Assembly: GCA_003427395.1 (NCBI GenBank)
Contig: BFEA01000009.1
Coordinates: 3,652,863-3,716,862, forward strand
Source: Chara braunii
Lineage: Eukaryota > Plantae > Charophyceae
Length of the DNA: 64,000 nt
Direction of reading: 5' to 3'
Positions 50,407 to 63,795 of this stretch are shown here, in pieces; position 1 is the stretch's first letter, and each line of letters opens with the position of its first letter. The translations under genes and the position numbers were made by a program. Under the pieces are notes generated by a model, which saw nothing but the letters and a program-made list of their open reading frames with translations, was not told the DNA's origin and made no database searches.

Positions 50407-53400
50407 GTGTCCTCTCTTGTGGACTTGAGCATGCTCCAGGCTCGTCAAGAGCGACTCACCCTCCATGTCGCTGCACTGCGTCGCCTTCTCGCCATCCTCT
50501 CTGACCCTGATCGCACCCTCCCGATCATCCCAGTACGACTTGGGACCTCCACGAGGGTGTACTCANCGCTGTGGGATTCCGGTTCTCAGGGCGACTTCAT
50601 TCACCCACGCGTGGTGAANGAAGCCCGCTTACCCACGACAGGGTCTCCGACTCCCATCTCCGTCACCCTAGGGGATGACAAGACCCAGCGCTTCTTCGAT
50701 CAGACGTTCACCGACCTCCCTTTCTTCCTCACTCTCGAGCCGACTAATCGTCCCCCGGCGTCTCGTCGCCACCGCTCCTCTGCACATTTCGATGTGATGG
50801 AGACGGGGTACGACTTCATTCTCGGCACTCCGTGGTCTCGTCGGTTCCGCAGCACCGAGGCCAATTGGGCGACCAACACTCTCGTTCTCAAAACGAAGTG
50901 TGGACAGACATATCGCGTACCTTTCATAGGTACCACTGCGACACCACGCCCCGATTCTTCTCCCCCAGAGCCTTCCGTGCCCACACCATCTCCTTCTATC
51001 ACTGTCACCTCGCCTCGGCAGTTCGCCCACTTCATCCGACAGGACGACGTCACCTTCTTTATGGTGAACATGACGGATCTCTTACACTATGATCCACCCT
51101 GTCCCGACGCCGAGCTCATCCCTCTGGAGCCAGATACTCCTTCTATCTCCATGACTCCCATCTCTACTTCCGTCCCTCCGCCGCCCGTCGAGTCCACCCC
51201 GCCGTCGTGCGTTGACGCTGACGCTGAGGAACTCGCACGATATACGGCCGACCTGAAGCCCGCAGTTCGTGACCTTATTCGAGAGTACCACAACATTTTC
51301 CCATCGTCGTTCTCGTACGCTTGCATCCCACCGATGCGCGACGTCGAGCACTCCATCCAGCTTGTGCCTGACTATCGTGTTCACCACCAGGCACCCTACA
51401 GACTCTCGATCCCCGAGGCCACCGGACTCAAGCGTCAGCTTGAGGAGCTCCTGAGACTGGGTTTCATTAAAAGCAGCAACTCCTCGTGGGGTGCACCCGT
51501 CCTTTTTGCTCGCAAAGCGGATGAAACTCTTCGTCTCTGCATCGACTATCGCGGTTTTAACCGCTACACGGTTAAGAACAACTACCCCATGCCTCGTTCC
51601 GATGAGCTGTTCGACCCCCTGGAAGGCAACCGCTTCTTTACGAAGATTGATCTTCATAGCGGTTACCATCAGATCCGCGTCGCTGCAGCCGACCAGCCGA
51701 AGACCGCGTTCCGATCGCGATTCGGCCACTACGAGTTCACGGAGATGCCATTCGGCCTCACCAACGCACCCGCTACCTTTCAGAGGGCGATGAACGACAT
51801 CTTCAGGGACATCTTGGAGCAGTACGTTCTCGTCTACCTCGACGATATCCTGGTCTACAGTCGTACCCTTGAGGAGCATCTCAGACACCTCCGCGATGTC
51901 CTTGACCGCTTGCGCAGACATGGCTTCCATGCCAAGCTGAGCAAGTGCCGCTTTGCCCAACACAAAGTGGATTTCTTAGGACGATACGTGTCTGACCAGG
52001 GTCTCCACATGGACGACGCGAAGATCATTGTTATTGCGGAGTGGCCCGTCCCCACATCCGCCAAGCAGTTTCGTAGCTTCCTAGGTCTGACCAGCTACTA
52101 TAGTAATTTCATCCAGGGATACGCTAGGTATTCCTACGTCCTTACCTCCACCCTCCTCCGGAAGAACCCACCCTGGGCTTGGACACCCCTCCACGAGGAC
52201 GCCTTCCGCGCCCTCAAGAAGGCGGTGACATGCACACTGGTTCTTCACCTACCCGATTTTGATCGCCTTTTTATCCTTACCACCGATGCGTCAGACTTTG
52301 CTGTAGGAGCAGTGCTTTCCCAAGTCTTCCCCTCCTCTCCTGATTCCTCTCATCCTCGTATCCCTCGCTTCCCACCACCTACCCCTACCACTGCTTCCCG
52401 ACTGACGCCTACTCGTCCAGCTACTGACGAGCCTTCTATTGACTATTCTCCTACCATCGTCGAGGACGACATTGTCGAGTCTCGCTCAGGTGATTGTCTG
52501 ATAGCCTTCTACCCCCGCCAGCTCCTCCCCGCAGAGATAAACTACACTGCTGATGAACGTGAGGTTCTCGCAGTAGTTTATGCCGCTCGGCACTGGCGTC
52601 ACTACCTGCACGGGGCACCATTCACGGTGCGCACGGACAACTCTGTTGTCCAGGCTTTTCTGACAAATTCGAAGCTCACTCCTCGACAGGCTCGCTGGTG
52701 GCGCGACCTATCCGAGTTTAGTTTCACCACTGAGCACATCAAGGGTGAGACTAATCGGGTCGCAGATGCCTTATCCCGGTGCCTTGACCACGACCAGGAG
52801 CTGACTATCGCGACATCTCGGTCACCACTGTCCACCACTCGGTGATCGACGAGTTTCGCACTCAGTAACGTCACTGCCCCGACTATCGCGACATCCACAC
52901 GACCCTTCGGAGTGGCAAGACCGTCCCGAACTACTCTCTCGGGGACAACGGTCTCGTGTACTGGCACGGTTCACAGGGCACCAGAGAGCCCCGTATTTGC
53001 GTTCCCTCCACTGGACAGCTACGTGTCCGAGCAGTAGCAGAGTTCCATGACCAGGCAGCCGCAGGTCATATGGGCTTCCACAAGACGTTGGCTCGTGTGA
53101 GCTGCCTGTACGTTTGGCCGAAGCGCAAGGACTTTGTGAAGGACATCTCGATGGACTTTATCGGTACCCTTCGTCCTCCGACCCCCCGCGGTCATGATGC
53201 TATCTTGGTCGTCGTCGACCGCTTCACGAAGTGTGCACGCTTTGTTCCGTGCCGTTATGCCATCAGTGCACGTGAGGTCGCCGACATCGTGTTTGACCGA
53301 GTTGTGCGTGACCACGGCTTACCACTGAGCATCATCTCTGACCGTGACCCACGCTTTACCAGCCGATTCCGGCGACGGCTCCATGAGGTGTACGACACTC

Positions 53401-54400
53401 AGCTCCGCTTCTCCTCATCTTACCATCATCAGACTGATGGTCAGACCGAGATCACGAACAGGACCCTCGAAGATATTCTCCGAAAGATTGTTCGTGACGA
53501 CCAGCAGTGGGATCTCCATCTTGCCCACGCGGAGATAGCCTACAACCACGTCATCTCGCCAACCACGGGGATGTCGCCATACTATTGCGACCTCGGGTAT
53601 CACCCTCGTGTTCCCGTGGACTTCCTTCGACCGTCACAGATGCACCCCGACATGAGTTGTCCCGCGCTGGATGATTGGGCTGCACACATGACGTCGATCA
53701 TGAAGACCGCACATGAGCACATAGCCGCTTCCCAGACCCGCATGGCAGCACGTGTGGACCGATCGATGATGGATCATCATTCAAAGTCAGTAATGATGTG
53801 CTTATCGACGCCCGCCACTTACAACTCGAAGCGGACAGGCTTCGCAAGTTTCGGCGTCGCTTCTTTGGCCCATGCCGCATCCTCCAGGCCGTCGGTTCTG
53901 ATACGGCTTCTAGCCCTATCAGCTTTCGTGTGAAGCTGCCCGACTACCTACGCCAGGCTCGTGTGCACGATGTCTACCACGTCTCGTTACTGCGCCCTTA
54001 CCTCATACCGTCTGAGCATTTCGTTGGACGACCATACGAGCGCCCGCCACCCATCATGGTGGACGGCCACGAGGAGTTCCTCGTTGGTCGTTGAGTCACC
54101 GACGACAACCCCCCCCACGTCGAGTATTTCGTACGTTGGAAGGGTTACCCTAATGAGGAGGCTACCTGGGAGCCCCTCGAGCACTTGCAGCACGCTCGCA
54201 TGTTGGTGCGTGCCTATGACCGTGCTCGTCGTGCTGAGTTCACTGCTCCTCCTCAACCCACTGACCCTCCTCCTTCTCCCCCGGCTGAGGAGACCGCTGA
54301 AGTCAAGCCTGCTCCATCTGAGGCAGACCTTCAGCAGCAGCCGGATGCTTCTGAGCGTCCACAGCGCACTCGTCGTCGTCCTGCTCGATACGACGATTGA
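50407..54400 (+). pseudogene. pol: Pol of element D: protease, RT, RNase H, integrase, chromodomain (frameshifted in the IN region)
   Basis: LWDSGS; YDFILGTPW; LRLCIDYR; MPFGLTNAP; YLDD; TDAS; VADALSR; SMDF; SDRD; GQTE; FGP; VRWKGY...TWEP. Confidence 0.95.
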
Positions 54401-55528
54401 CTCTGACTTATCTTCCCACGTCTTTGACTTCTCAGTACTCCATCCACTCCAGTTTTGCTACTTCAGCTTGTCGACGTTGTGGCTCTTCCTCGACGACATT
54501 CCAAACTTCTCATCGTGGACGTCATCGAGAGATTCATGGACTTCGTCACGATCAGCTCTGCCTACTTCAGACGTCATCGCTCCCTTACCACTTTACCCTG
54601 TACAGTACCCTGCTTGTGTCGCATGATGGTCTCCCTTTAGCCGGGTTCCTCTGAGTTGGGCTCTCCCTTGGTTTACGCATAGGCATCGGGACCGTAGCGT
54701 TGCCCTGGCTTCCCATCTTACAGATCTAGCTCCGACTTCCCTCACTTTAGGAGTCATTTGCATGATTCGCTTACCCATCACCTTTCTACCCTTTGTCGGC
54801 CCTCACACCCTAGTTAGGCAGCCCCGCATGCTTCATCTAGGTGCGCCCAGTATACCAGGCTCTCTTATTCCCTTGCATGGTCGACCCTCCATAACGGTCA
54901 CCCCTTAGTCAAGCTTTGCCCGCCCTGATGGTCTATCTGTTAGGGTCATTGGTTCTGTTCGCTCCCAGTTCCCTACCCTCATTGAGCCTGATGACATGTG
55001 TCTCTCTGTTATCTATGTGTGGATGCTCTTAGGAGTTTTCGACCCCTAGGCTGCATTCGCCACCCTCAGAGACCATCCCACCCTTTGGTTTGCGACACAC
55101 TTCTCCTGTGACATATGGTTGACTTGTTGTTGCTTGTTGCTCCCAGAGTGAGGCTACTGCCTCTGACATTTCTAGGATTTAGTTGTTCTGCTTTTGCTGT
55201 TCTTAGGACTTATACACTAGTCAGCTGTTCCTAGATTGAGCCTACTGCCTCCAACACTCTCGGATCTAGTTGTCACTACTTTCTGCTTTCCTAGGACATG
55301 TATGCTAGTTAGTTGCTTCTGCTTTCCTAGGACATGTATGCTAGTCAGTTGCTTCTGCTTTCACTTAGGCTGTTAGTTGTGACATTGCTGTTTTGTAACA
55401 TTTTCTATCCTAGGTTGCATCGCATGGACTGAGCATGGAGCTTGCTCCGCATCCTAAACTACTCAGGTTTTCCGCTTCTTCACGGAAGCGTGTTTGTGTC
55501 TAGGCGATCCATCACAGGTCGAGGATCG

Positions 55529-55839
55529 TGTAGCGGACCTCTGGTTGGCCTGTGAGACCAGCCTGTTGGTCTGTCCTCACAGGTCTGTGTTCTGTTCGGG
55601 GGCAGTCCAGTCCAGTCCAGTCCAGGCCGGTACCTCTGTCGGTACCAGCCAGTCCCGTCAGTCCGCTGGGGTATACCCCAGCAGTTGTTTGTTTCCGAGA
55701 TCATTCTACACTTACACGATTTTGGAGTATGTGCGTTGGAGTCTTGCGTGGGAGCTGCGCTGTCCATCTTGCTCCCCCCTTCTTCCTCCATCTCCATCCC
55801 TATCACTAGCGGAGCACCACACCTGGTGGGTCCGCTACA
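55529..55839 (+). repeat. 3' LTR of element D
   Basis: Direct repeat of 45713-46033. Confidence 0.95.
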
Positions 55840-55844
55840 CAGTA

Positions 55845-56710
55845 AGTCCAAAATTCCTTCACTAAGGTTTGGCAAGAGGATAGCTTAAGAAGCGAGTTAT
55901 TGAACTTGTAAAAACCCGGGCCTCTCTGGATGTGTTTGTGGAAGGAGAGTCCAATAGCGATCATTTTATGATCAAAGGATTTGCAGGGGCTAATTGGGAG
56001 TATTTCAGTCGCTGAGAGGAGGCCGATGAGGTCAATTGAGAGTAGACCTACATCTATTCCTGAGTTTCAAAGGCCCCCCTCTCCTTTAGATCGTAGATAT
56101 GTGTACGCTTTTTATGTTGGATTGATTATTCTAAACGTGCCTTTCAACTGGAGTTATGCCTTTAGTTGGGATAACAAAAGGGCATCAGGACTTGGCTGGC
56201 TGTGGGGCATGAAACTCGACTGTGAAGACAATTTCTTGTCCATTGTTGGCTGCAGGGTGGTATTGAAGTCCCCTAACGGGATCAGCGGAGCATCTTGTGG
56301 GAGCTCGTCCGGAAGATCCAGAGGAACTCCAATCTCTGAGCCTGCTCACAAGCGGCATAGATGGAGACAATATAGCTTATATCTTCCCTTGCCCGAGCTT
56401 TGAGCCAAATCCACCTACCCTGAATTTTGTCCCAGTCGGACTGTAACGGCTCTAGCCTTGAGGAGGGTGGGAGCCAAATGGCTACTCCTATGGAGGTTGA
56501 TGATCTGGCCGGAGCCAATGGACGGCTTATGGCCAGATCGATTCCCCTTTGGCCTTATGGATGGGTAACCTGTCAAGTGAGTCCCTTGGATACATATGAC
56601 ATCTGGCCATCTTCCGGTGGAGGGGTGTCTGGCCATATTCCAGACTGCATCATTTTTGGCTTGAGTCGCGGTACTCAGTCCATTGACGTTCAGTGAGCGT
56701 ATATCAATGT
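55845..56710 (-). pseudogene. LINE ORF2 apurinic-type endonuclease domain
   Basis: SLNVNGL; PDVICIQGTHL; SIYA; LGDFNT; DHKMI; GPGFYKFNNSLL. Confidence 0.9.
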
Positions 56711-56934
56711 CTGCCTAGCTCAGCCTTTTCTCCCAGGGTGAAGGTCTCCGCAAGGGGGGTGGGACATGTGGGGAAGGGGGGGGGGAACTGGTGGTGGTGG
56801 GCGGGGGGGGGGGGGTTGTGGTGGTGTCGGGTCAGGGCAGAGCGCAAGGGGGTTCCCTTTGGTGGCTGGCGTCCCTGAGCTGGCTGGCATGGGCCTGTTA
56901 TGTGCACTGTGGTTAAAGTCTTCCATCGGCAGGC

Positions 56935-59900
56935 TTATTGCTTAATGGACTGTTCCAATGGGAGAAGGAAAGGTACATCGTCCCATTCGTTGTGAGCTCC
57001 CAGGAAGTCCTCTTCTAGGATGATTTGGATAAATTTGAGAATTTGTGTTGCGGTCCAAGTGGCGTTTGTTTCAATCCTTGCCTTTGTTGTGTGCAATAAT
57101 TGTTCCTGTGTTAGCCAAGTCAAGGAGCTGTTAATGCTGTTCTGGTCAGGATCAAAGAGAAGTAAGATGGGGGTGAGGTTTGTGGGGAATGGCACGTCTT
57201 TGGGAAGTACAATTCCCAAGACTCTGTTGTCCCCTTTCTCTTTGACCAGGGTTTCTGTTCTATTTACTGCCATTGTAGTGGTCGGGATGGCCCTCCATCC
57301 CTCCAAGGTGAGGCCTTGAAGGCTTGAGTAGCCCGTCGATGAATCTGCTTGATAGTCCTCAAATTTGCCTGTTTGGGAGCACATGCCCAATTGCCACTTT
57401 CCATTTGAAGAGGACCTTTTGACTGGCAGAATCGAAGTCCCTGTGGCCAGCTGCCTGTTCAAGTGCACTGCTCCAGAAGAGGATAGCAGATTGCATAATT
57501 TGCCCCTCGTTTTGCAGTGAGTGTTCTCCTCAGTTGTTTGTGAGGGTTGCTGGCTGTCCTTGCCGCTTGTTGTGTCCTCAGAGAAGTCTATGACCACTAT
57601 ATCTGGGACTAAGGGAGGGGCAGTGGGCACCCTGTCCACAGGGAGCGTTGCTGCAAGGAGTTTCTGGGCTAAGAGTTCGTGTGGATTCTCCTGCCCCCTT
57701 CCATTCAGTTGGAGCATTTTTTGCGCACACGGCAACGCCGATTGATGGGTTGGCTGGTGGCGATGGATTACCGGGAGGTCTGCCATGGGGTATTCCTGGT
57801 CTGAGTCGTAATCTGAGTCCGGGTCCAGATCAGGTTCTGGTATGGCTTCCACCAGCTGTCCCAGTTGACAGTGAACGTCTTGGGAGGACATGAGTGTTGT
57901 GAAGGACCTTGTCTGAAGCTGCAGGGAGTCGTTTGCCTGTGTGACTCTTTGCCTACGAGTGGTTCCGTCTGTGGGTTCGGCGAAAGTGCGAGAAGCTGTA
58001 GTTCTTGCACCAGCTTCGCTGGCCAGGAGATGCTTCAGAAGCAAAAATCTTCGTTCATCCACTGAGGGTCATCCTGCTGGCCCTTGTTTGCCTCCTGGTT
58101 TCACTGGATTTGTCGGGTGTCCATTGTATATGTGGATATAGCAGTTCTAAAAGCATCAATCGTGTAGATGAGCTCTCTGCCCATTTCCACCCAGTTGATC
58201 AAATCTGTCGTTGGGTAGTTTGAAGAATTAGTTTGATCCTATGACAGCGCATTAGTTGCTTTCTGATTTTTTCCCAATGCAGTGGAGGGATGGAGAGCTG
58301 GTCTTGTTTGTAGTTGTGGAATAGCATCTGGAGCAGGATCTCGTCGGTCAAAAAATTGAGTTTTTGTCTGACGGATCGGTCTACAACCTGTTGTTTACCT
58401 GCTTACAGTTTTGCCGTTGTGGGCTGGACTGCACACTCCTGAGCTTGGTGTGAGAGTTGGTGGGATTCGAAGCGGAGGACACCTTCCACCATCTTACCCT
58501 CTGTTGCCCCCATGGTCCCTTCAACCCCCATCTGAAAGTCCCCGTTTAGATCCTGGTCCGGTCCTGGGTCTATTACCATTTCCTGGGAGAGGAGATGCTG
58601 GGTGGGGTTGCCAGACTGTGTCTGCTGGGGATCTGTGGGTTGGTGAGCATTCGGCATGCAAAGAGTCAGAGGGAACTGATCTTGTTGCGGTGGTTCGTTT
58701 GGTGCAGGGAATCGGGCTGCTTTGGCCGAGTTGTAGGGGACACTGGGCTGGACCTTGCTGCTGTTGGGCCCCCAGTTTGGGGGTTTGGCAATAGTAGGCA
58801 GGCCAACGTGAGTTTGCCATTTAGCTGGCTTTCGGCCGTGTGACCAAAGGACTGCTTTTCATCAGTTGGCATTGTGGGAAGAGTCGGGACACTTACGTGA
58901 TTGGGGTGGAGCACTGCGTCGGGATGATCTTGTCTTTCTCCCGTTGGGTCTTTTCCCTGCACTGTTAGCGGGACTGTTGCTGTTAGTCCGGCTATGCTCT
59001 GGAACCAGGCGCCTTTGGCTATGTAATCTCTCATCTGATCTTTCATAAAGTCGACCATTGATCTAACTGCCTGGGACACTTGGTCTGTGTCTTGAGGATT
59101 TGCCGCAGCCCCCACATTTGGGCCGTGGACTGTTAATTCTTGCAGTTGTTGTACGTGTTGATGACTGCCTTGTGGGGGATTGTAGTTGCTGGGTTCCTAT
59201 GAATCAAAGTCGTGTCCCTGCTTACCTCCCTCCTGGTCGTACCCCTGAGTCTTGTCCTGGTGTGATAGTGTCGGGATCTGATGTTAGATTGTCTGCAAAG
59301 CCATTTCCTTCGGTGGTGGAGGCGAGTTGTGGGGAGGCCAACTAAGAGGGCAGTGTCTGTGTTTCCTGCCGTCGGCAGTGCCACCATGGCCCCTGCCGTA
59401 TTCTGCTGATGCTGGCTGCCATAGAGGGGTGCTGGCTGAGTTGCCCCGGGTTCTATCAGCGGAAGAGTCCCCTGTTGGTGACGTTGTTGGTGCTGGTTTG
59501 CAGGAAGCCCCACTATTAGGTGTGGCTGTTGCTGCTGCGGTCTGCTGGGCAGGCCCTGTTGGGGCTGGATTGCAGTCAGGTGATTACCTCTGGTGGCGAG
59601 CAGTGGGATGGGTTGGGCACGTGCCTGAAGGACAGCGTTGACGGCCGGCAGTCCTACAATGAGGGAGCCGGGACTTGGTAATCCCTCAACTGTCTGGGGA
59701 GATTGTGGTGGTGGCGGCACTGGCAGGTGACATATCTGCTCGTGACTGGGGGGCTGCCGATGTGGACGAGGTGTGATTTCTGTGGTGAGGAGCGGAAGCG
59801 GTTGCGGTGAAGGTTGCTGAGTAGGATTGACAGCCGGTAGTCCTACTATGAGGGAGTTGGCATTTGTTGTTTCCACGGCTACCAGCGATGGGTGTGGACG

Positions 59901-62440
59901 GGGCTGCATGTCCAGCTGGCGTGAGTGGGCTCCCTGGTGTATCTCTTCAATAGTAGGGAGTGGAGGTAGTTCATCTGCGGCCGTGCTGCTGGCCGGTACT
60001 ACGATAGAGGTGGAGCCGGAGATTCTCAGTGGGATCGCGGATGGGCTGGTCTGCCTCCTCCTGTTGTGTTGCAGCGGGATGTCTCCTTCGCCTTCTGTGT
60101 TGTCTGGTTCGGTGAGGGGTGGGGTCTCCTGAGTTGATACATGGCCTGGACGGGGGGGTGCAGGTCTTTGGTGGTCCTACTTCCTGACATATTTGACCAA
60201 TTTGACAGGGTGTACTCTGGGAGATCCTGTCTTTGGTCCCTGGCCAGCTGAGGGGAGAGTCTGTCTGTCAGCCAGTTCGGGACGGCCCTGCATCTGGGAG
60301 CTCTTTTTCAGAGAGATTTTTGACTTGTAGATCTGTGCCCCTGCCATTCCCAAATCCCGGGTGGCCCTTCTTTGAAAATCCAGTCCTTGAGCTTGGGGTC
60401 TTCTGGGATTCAGGCTTTCGGCTGGTTGGGGTGAGAGGTGACTATCCCTTTGATCTGGCGCTTACGGGAATGAGGGCAGGATTCGTTTGAGCAAAGGTGG
60501 CCCTTTTCCTTACATGCATAGCGCCAGGGGTCTTGGGAGTGGCTTATGGGTACTGTAATTAGTTTGGCCCCCTTTAGTATCTCCATTCCCTGTGGATTGG
60601 AAAGTGCTTTGTGTGGTCCCAACGGACTGCCACCAAGAGGTTGTCGTCCCTACGAGATAGAAACTGGGGCAAATCGTTGATGTAGCCTACCACAGGGGCT
60701 ATCGCCTCTAAGTCCTCCAAGATTGCCCCATGAACGCTGAGTGGGGCAAAGCGATACTCTACCCAAAAATTGGTTTTCATCAGTTGTTCTCTTTTCTCTT
60801 CAGGCGTCGGTGGATCAGGGGGTTCCCAGGGTCTTATCTGTACCGATCTTCCTCTGAACTTCCTGTTGGAGAGGTTGAGCAGTATTTTCCTATCTGCTCA
60901 TACAAGGCAATGACAGTAACTGATAGTAGACCTTATGCTTTGACCAGAAAGTGATCGTCTGCAATTTGGTTGGTTGTCTTTATCGATTGTAGCCTTACAT
61001 GCACCCATCACAGTTTGTCGTTCATCGGTTCACCCAAGTCGTCCGCTGGAAAAGCTAGCTGGAGTGCGTGGTGGGAGTAAATGTGGTTTCTAACTGCGAT
61101 GGCTTGCGGTGAGAAGAAGGAAATAGGCTTTACCTCTCCGTCTCTGATTTGGTGCTTTATCAGAGGCGGGACGTGGAGTTTTTGTATGAAGTGGCTTTTG
61201 ATTGGGCGGATTGGAGCCAGGGACAGGAAAGTCCCAGGTTCCGCCTTGGCCTGCTTTCAGTGCTGATACTAGGGCCGCGGGTGGGCCCATTGGCAGGGCA
61301 GGGCCTAGACTCGACTGCTGTTCAGTTGGCACGAGAGTGGCCGTGGTCGTTTGGGTGACTTTTGTCAGCCATGTGGAGCTATCTTTAGCGGGTGGCCCAA
61401 TTCGTGGTCCGTGCACCTCTTGTGTCTGGGGGGGGGGTTGATGTGGCCCCCGAGGAAGAGGGTGTTGCCTGTTTAATCTGCTCCCTTGTTCTCCCTGGTG
61501 CTTGAGAGTTTTGCTGTGCCGGACCAGCAAGAAGGGGCCCCGGAGAAAATGGTATCCTCGTGCTGTGTCCGATTGGCGATGGCCCCTACTGTTGTGAGTG
61601 CGTTTGTTTTTGTTTGTTGTTCTCCACCCTCACTGATTGCAAGGGACTCTGCAGGCTTCTTGGATTTAAGCGATGCCACAGGGGTCGTGAGGGTGTTGAG
61701 ATAACTGTTGTGGCTCTCTACCCCTGTGAGGGGGGCGGACTCAGTCTCTTCGGGCGGTGGGGAGTGGTGGCGAGGGGGAAGGGGGCGGTGCGGAGGTGGA
61801 GTGGTGGATAAGCGGATGACAAAAAAAAAGAAAAAAAAAAAAGGAGGCGGCTGGGGTCAGACTTTTAGGATCAAGAGAGGATTTAGTTGTGGGTGGGAGG
61901 GGGGTTGCGGGAGAGAGGGGGAGGGTGGGGGAGATGTTACCAGGGTTTTGGGTGGTTCTTGGTACACGTGGCGAAGATCCGCTCGATTGTCACCTTTGGA
62001 ATCGCCGAGTTGTCTGTGGTCTTCACTATGGTTCAACGTGCTCTTTCGCCCAATTCCCTTTTTAGGGGTGGCCTGTTTTGCCTCTGTCTTTGTGAGGTCT
62101 TCTGATTCCCTTAGCCTCTTCATCCCTCTTCCAAGTCACACCGGTGGGGAGCGATGGTGGCTTCGATCCCGAGTAGTGATCACTGATTGGCCTTGTTACC
62201 CCCACCTCTCCTTCTCTTGCTCGTTGACGGGGAGTGATCGTGGTCTTGATTCCGGGTCGCAAAACCTGATTAACCTTGGCCCCCCTCCTCTCCTTCTCTT
62301 GCTCGTTGTTTTGAGTCAGCATATATGTGTGCGTGTATCCTTCCCTGATTGTAAGAGTTCTTCGTATCAACCACATCCTCTTGGATCTCCCTCGGTGACC
62401 GAGCCGGTCATGTGGATCGCGGCATTTTGGATCCGCCACG
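56935..62440 (-). pseudogene. Very long degenerate LINE ORF1 region
   Basis: FWVEYRFAPL and a degenerate zinc knuckle (R)YACKEKGHLCSNESC at 60410-60780; Pro/Gln-rich minus-strand ORF fragments continue to 56935. Confidence 0.6.
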
Positions 62441-62479
62441 TAGGAGTTCCCCGTTTAGTCAAATGACTTCGCTACCTAT

Positions 62480-63795
62480 GTCAATGCAGTCTTTCACGAG
62501 GAGATGTTTGGGGAGATGATAGGACAGGGAGTGACCACTCTGCTACACAAAAAGGGAGACCCGGATTAAATTCGTAACTACCGACCGATCACTTTGCTTC
62601 CGGTCCCTTACAAAATTGTGGCTAAGACATGGGCGTCCAAGCTCCTATCGCGGCTACCCCATCTCATCCATCCGGACTAGTCAGGCTTTCTGCCTCACTG
62701 GAGTATCCAAGACAATATCTTGCTTGTCAACGAGACAATTGCGAGACAAAGGAAGGCGGAGGCGGCCATCTTGTTCATTGATTTCGAAAAAGCCTACGAT
62801 CATGTTGACTAGGATTCCCTAGATATGTGCTTAGACAAGATGCAGTTTGGACCTGTGTTTCGTAAATGGATTAGCATCCTGCACAGAACTGTGGCTACCA
62901 ACATCATGCTAAATGGCCACCTGCCCCCCCGTTTTATCTTCAGAGGTCGGTTAGACAAGGGGACCCCATCGCCCCGATGCTTTTTGTTTTAGTAATGAAA
63001 GCATTGGCTGCGATGATAAGATCTAACCATCTGATTCAAAAAATCGACGTACCTGAGATTCCGCAGCACCTGATCCCGACGACCTCTTTGTTCGCGGACG
63101 ACCTCGCGGTTCTCTTCCGGGCCAACGCCAGTAGCCTCCAAGCCCTTGCACATACTATTCACCTCTCTGAGTTGGCATCGGACATGAAGGTCAACTGGGG
63201 AACAAAGACGGAAGGTTGGTGGCTACACCCGAATGGTGAGGACCCGCCTGCTCAACCCCAAGTGTCATGGGAAGCCAAGGAAACTGCTATACGGGTGCTC
63301 GGGGTTAAGCTGACAGAGCAGGGACCCCGCTAGGATCATGGGGAGGCATTGGTAGACCTTGTCATCCAAAGAATGGGGCAATGGGATGGCAAACACACTT
63401 CGCTAGTGGGCAGAGCGCCGACCCTTAACAACGCAATCTTTGCGGCAATTTGGTATAAAGCAGCCTTTTGGCCACCGACCCACAGACAACTCACTAAGCT
63501 ACGACAAGCAGCCACGACATTTTTGTGGAAAAACGACCATAATGACACTAACTGCATTAAGCGCCTGGCGTAGGACACAATAACTCAACCAAGGTCCAAT
63601 GGAGGCCTTGGAATCATTGACCCCCAACAAGAACTCGACGCTTTTCGGTTCAAGTTTCTGATCAGACTGTTGTTGGGGAATGACATCCCATGCGCCCCGT
63701 ATGCACATATTCAGATTGGAGCTCTGGCCCCAAAATCCAAACCTGAGAGACCAACGCACCCCCTGCAGTGGTTGACAAACCCAGCATCTGTGTTA
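62480..63795 (+). pseudogene. 5'-truncated second LINE (same family), RT fragment
   Basis: NYRPITLL; DFEKAYD; VRQGDP; LFADD; GGLGIIDP; colinear with 43100-45000. Confidence 0.9.

Larger units (their letters stand above)
45713..55839 (+). mobile_element. Full-length chromovirus (Ty3/Gypsy) D inserted in LINE ORF2
   Basis: Two LTRs, 11-bp terminal inverted repeat TGTAGCGGACC/GGTCCGCTACA, TSD CAGTA (45708-45712, 55840-55844), PBS, gag-pol. Confidence 0.97.
40816..62450 (-). mobile_element. Degenerate, near full-length L1/Tx1-type LINE (~11 kb after removing insertions)
   Basis: ORF1 with a CCHC-like knuckle, APE endonuclease, RT, C-terminal zinc finger, A-rich tail at 40816-40836. Confidence 0.85.

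Noticed and set aside
62450-63795. Twin-priming 5' inversion of the large LINE
   Set aside because: The inverted piece duplicates the RT already present and is clearly diverged from it, so it is an independent insertion
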